A stretch of 64,000 nucleotides of DNA, taken from positions 288,001-352,000 of the forward strand of contig OZ243972.1 in NCBI GenBank assembly GCA_965214705.1. Reading direction: 5' to 3'. The notes beneath the pieces were generated by a model, which was not told the DNA's origin, searched no databases, and saw nothing but the letters and a program-made list of their open reading frames with translations. Source of the stretch: Alphaproteobacteria bacterium (GTDB lineage Bacteria > Pseudomonadota > Alphaproteobacteria > UBA828). This document shows, one piece after another, positions 60,909 to 64,000 of the stretch. The first letter of the stretch is position 1. The number at the start of each line of letters is the position of its first letter. Both the position numbers and the translations under genes were made by a program.

Positions 60909-63129
60909 GTAGAGTAGGACGCGAGCGCCTGGTGATCCTCACGCACCACAGGTTTCTCGCGCCCTCTCTCAGAACCGGGCGTGCACCTTTCGTTATGCAC
61001 CCGGCTCGCCAAAGGCTTTCGTGAAGGCAGGAGTTTTCATCCAATTGAGCTTGAACTGCATGACCGGAATCCGGCCCATTTGGTACAGCTCAGTGTCGCC
61101 ATCGGCCCAGACCCGAGCGCCGGGATACTGCCGGCTCGGCCTCGACCAAGAAGCGTACACCCGTCGCGGGGAGGCGCCGTCGTGCTTACCCCGCATCCAC
61201 AGCCAGAGCCGTCGCCACACATACCAGTCCAGACTGGACAGGATGCGCTTGGCCCCGATGCAGTGGCGGTAGTAGTGGCCCCACCCCCGGAGGATTGGAT
61301 TGATTTCCTGGAGCACGCTTCTCAGCGAGCGCGTCCGCGTCCGCTGATTCAGCACTTGCTTGATCCGCCGGCAGAAGTCACTGATCGCCTCCTTCGGGAT
61401 TTCGACCCGGCACATGTAGCCGTCATGGTCGTCCCCTTTGAGACGAACCCGGCATCCGAGGAACCGGAATCCTTCCGTCAGTCTGGTGATCCGCGTCTTC
61501 TCCTCCGATAGCGTCAGCCCCATCTCCTCGCGCAGCCAGTCCGCGAGCGCCTGCTTCTCAGCAGCCGCATCGTCGTAACCGCCCGCCACGAAGATCAGGA
61601 AGTCGTCGGCATATCGGACCGGGTAGAAGACCGTTCGCCCGGCCTCCCTGTCCCGAAATCGCCGTGTCGCGGCCATCCGCCTTCCGTCAGTCCGGATATT
61701 GGGATCATGCGGGTGCCTCACCCACCACCAGTACCGCTCCTCGATCGCGCTCAGCGCGATGTTGGCCAGCAGGGGAGACAGGACACCCCCTTGAGGCGTG
61801 CCGGTGGTTGTCGGATTGTAGTTGACGTCCTCCAATACCCCGGCTTTGAGGAACCGCACGATCAGCCTGTTGACCTTCCGGTCCGCAACGGATTTCCGTA
61901 CGCGCTCCATCAGGTAGTGATGGCCGATGTTGTCGAAGCAGCCCTCGATGTCGCCTTCAATCACCCATTGATAGGGAGGGTCGCGAAGCTTCCCATCGGT
62001 TCTCGACTTGTGAGTCCGAGTGGTCAGCCGGATATGTTCGAGTGCGCCATGGCAGCCCCGTCCGGGCCTGAACCCGTAGGAGACCTGCCAGAAACGCGCC
62101 TCGAAAATTGGCTCCAGGATGTTCTTGACCGCGCATTGCACCACGCGGTCAGCAACGGTGGGGATACCAAGGGGTCGGAACTTCCCCGGCTTGCCCGGCT
62201 TCGGAATCCACTTCCGCCGGGCGGGCGACGGTCGGTAGCTGCCATCGCGCAGCGCCTCCCGAAGCTCGTCCAGAAAGAGCGGTACACCTCCATCGCCAGC
62301 GGCAATGCTCGCCACCGTCAGCCCGTCGACGCCCGGCGTTCGTCTGCCCTTGTTCTGGGCAATCGAGTGCCATGCACAGCGAAGATTGCGCGGATCGGTT
62401 ACCCAGTTCCACACATCGCCGTAAGCGCCTTCAGGCGTCTCCTTACTCCACCGATACAACTTCCGCTGCACGTTGAGGAGCCAGGCCATGTCGGCCTGAT
62501 TATCCGAGTCCACGGATAGTTCCTCCGTCAGTCGATAGCCGATCCACCTTCTGCCCCCCTTCGCCATGTATGCGGCTTTCCCGCACTCCGACTACTACGA
62601 GGGCTCCGCCCCCATGCGGCCCGTCTCCGTTCTCCGCGGCTAGCCCGGTTCCGTGCCGGGCGAACAGCATGGGTTCCTGTGTTCCGATGACAAACCTGAG
62701 ACCCTTAGGCGGCACGCTATACCCCTTGCAGCTCTGGGGTTCGGGATAGAAGGGTTGACCCGTACCCGGGTGCGTTCAACACACCCGCCAGTCGGCAGAC
62801 GGAAGACCAACCGGCTCTCACCGCGCTCCCTCCGCCCCGTCGGGCCATTGAGGGTTGGACATCTAAATAAAGAGGCTTCCGTCACGTGCTTCGTTCAACC
62901 TCGCCATAGGTCCTGTGGTAGCCCGGCCCGCGAGCGACGGCCCGCACCCGGTACAGTTCAGATCGCAGCTCTTTCGCCCCACCGTCGGAAACCGGCGGAG
63001 CTTAGCGATCCCCTTCCGCCCAACACCCCTCGTCAGGCAGGGTGGCGTTTCAGCCACCGGTCGATCATCAGCACTACCAAGTGTTTGGTTTACTTCATGC
63101 TTTCCTCCTACTTGGTATTCACAGCGCAC
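60909..63129 (-). mobile_element. Group II intron
   Basis: 5' GTGCG at 63129; domain V GAGCCGGGTGC..GAAA..GCACGCCCGGTTC; domain VI ending CCTACTCTAC at 60909; EBS1 and EBS2 match the 5' exon. Confidence 0.92.
60993..62513 (-). CDS. ltrA: Group II intron reverse transcriptase/maturase without endonuclease domain
   Basis: TPGVDG, RPLGIP, SYGFRPGR, EGDIEGCFD, GTPQGGVLSPLLANI, YADD, FLG, LRGWGHYY; no HNH; RBS GGAGG before GTG 62513. Confidence 0.95.
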   Translation of the reverse strand: MDSDNQADMAWLLNVQRKLYRWSKETPEGAYGDVWNWVTDPRNLRCAWHSIAQNKGRRTPGVDGLTVASIAAGDGGVPLFLDELREALRDGSYRPSPARRKWIPKPGKPGKFRPLGIPTVADRVVQCAVKNILEPIFEARFWQVSYGFRPGRGCHGALEHIRLTTRTHKSRTDGKLRDPPYQWVIEGDIEGCFDNIGHHYLMERVRKSVADRKVNRLIVRFLKAGVLEDVNYNPTTTGTPQGGVLSPLLANIALSAIEERYWWWVRHPHDPNIRTDGRRMAATRRFRDREAGRTVFYPVRYADDFLIFVAGGYDDAAAEKQALADWLREEMGLTLSEEKTRITRLTEGFRFLGCRVRLKGDDHDGYMCRVEIPKEAISDFCRRIKQVLNQRTRTRSLRSVLQEINPILRGWGHYYRHCIGAKRILSSLDWYVWRRLWLWMRGKHDGASPRRVYASWSRPSRQYPGARVWADGDTELYQMGRIPVMQFKLNWMKTPAFTKAFGEPGA

Positions 63130-63625
63130 TCCGTCGTGATGTCCGAGGATTTCACACGTGCTCGCGACAGCAACCCTGCGGGTCCTCCGGTCGCTCCGCT
63201 CCCTACGGCCTGACCCAAGGAAGTCTAAGGCGGGCCGTGAAGTTCGGCGACCGTGAAGATGGCTTGCGTGTAATTGCCAACCGCCTCGTCTTGCAGCGCG
63301 CCGGCCCCTGACGCGGGGCCGACGCGTCACGCTGCACCGCCTCAAATCCATTCGCGGAACCATTCGTCGCGGCGCCTAGACGCCGGGCAGGCCCAAGCGG
63401 GCCCGCCCGGCACGGCGCCGTAATGACCACTGGAATGGATTTGCTGCGGAGCACCGTTCCCACCGGCACGGCGGCGCCATCTTCCGCACCGACATCGCCG
63501 AACTTCCGCACCCAAACCCGCCCAAGACTTCCCAGGGCCAGGTGCTGCCGCTGCGCGCGCGTGAATCACAAAGGACATCACCACGGGGCACAGGGTCCCG
63601 GAGGTTGAACCAACAGGAGATCGTC

Positions 63626-64000
63626 ATGATCGACACGACCAGCGCTACCGCATCAGCTTCTTCCACTGCCACGGTCTGCGAGGGCATGGCCCTCTACGGC
63701 GCAGCGCCCGAGCGCGGCGAGCTCGACAGCCGCGTCGTCTGGGACGAAGACGACGCCATCGATGCGCTGAACGAAGCCATCCGCGTCATCGTCGACGGCA
63801 TCACCGTAGACGGCACGCAGATGGCCGACGAGCGCGAGCCCCTGATGTGGGGCCTGACCAACATGCTGCACAGCCAGGTCACACGCCTCGACCGCGCCGT
63901 CGACCGCATCACGCCCGAGATGCGCGACCTCGAGAAGGCGCAGGACGGATCGGAGGTGAAGGCATGGGAGCTGCAGACCATGACTGACAGGGCGCAGAAC
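63626..64000 (+). CDS. DUF2493-like protein, 5' part (runs off window)
   Basis: RBS AGGAGA; LYGAAPERGELD...ADERE.L.WG...AQDG.E matches 50056-50982. Confidence 0.88.
   Translation, partial: MIDTTSATASASSTATVCEGMALYGAAPERGELDSRVVWDEDDAIDALNEAIRVIVDGITVDGTQMADEREPLMWGLTNMLHSQVTRLDRAVDRITPEMRDLEKAQDGSEVKAWELQTMTDRAQN

Noticed and set aside
60993-62567. RT as retron, DGR or CRISPR-associated RT
   Set aside because: Maturase domain, domains V/VI, GTGCG start and EBS/IBS matches identify a group II intron; no TR/VR pair or cas genes seen.
1-64000. CRISPR array, tRNA or rRNA
   Set aside because: No regularly spaced repeats or recognisable structural RNA genes by eye; a covariance-model scan would be needed to exclude them.

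Overview
GC-rich bacterial window, almost entirely mobile DNA. After a carbohydrate-type ABC transporter operon (642-5003, minus strand) it contains three related copies of a mobile-element backbone (small ORF, poly-CxxC zinc-finger ORF, ssb; two copies continue with Toprim primase, small ORF, DUF2493-like) that appear nested inside each other through their ssb genes. The clearest case is a ~35.5-kb integrative mobilizable element (about 23412-58976) that splits an ssb gene into a 5' half (23208) and a 3' half (58966). It carries a tyrosine integrase, HicAB, an SspABCD-like phosphorothioation cluster followed by an SF2 helicase, a GHKL/MORC ATPase (split by an IS91-like element) and a PLD nuclease, a MOBF relaxase, a large GTPase, its own intact ssb and NnrS. 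A second ssb (9948) is cut after 14 codons at a junction with a similar element-end signature. Other cargo: PhzF-like protein, triple cold-shock-domain protein, two Fic proteins, RecQ-UvrD fusion, frameshifted RecD2, SOUL heme-binding protein, and a group II intron (60909-63129, minus) with visible EBS/IBS pairings. No rRNA, tRNA or CRISPR array was seen. All family calls come from motif recognition by eye, not from database searches.
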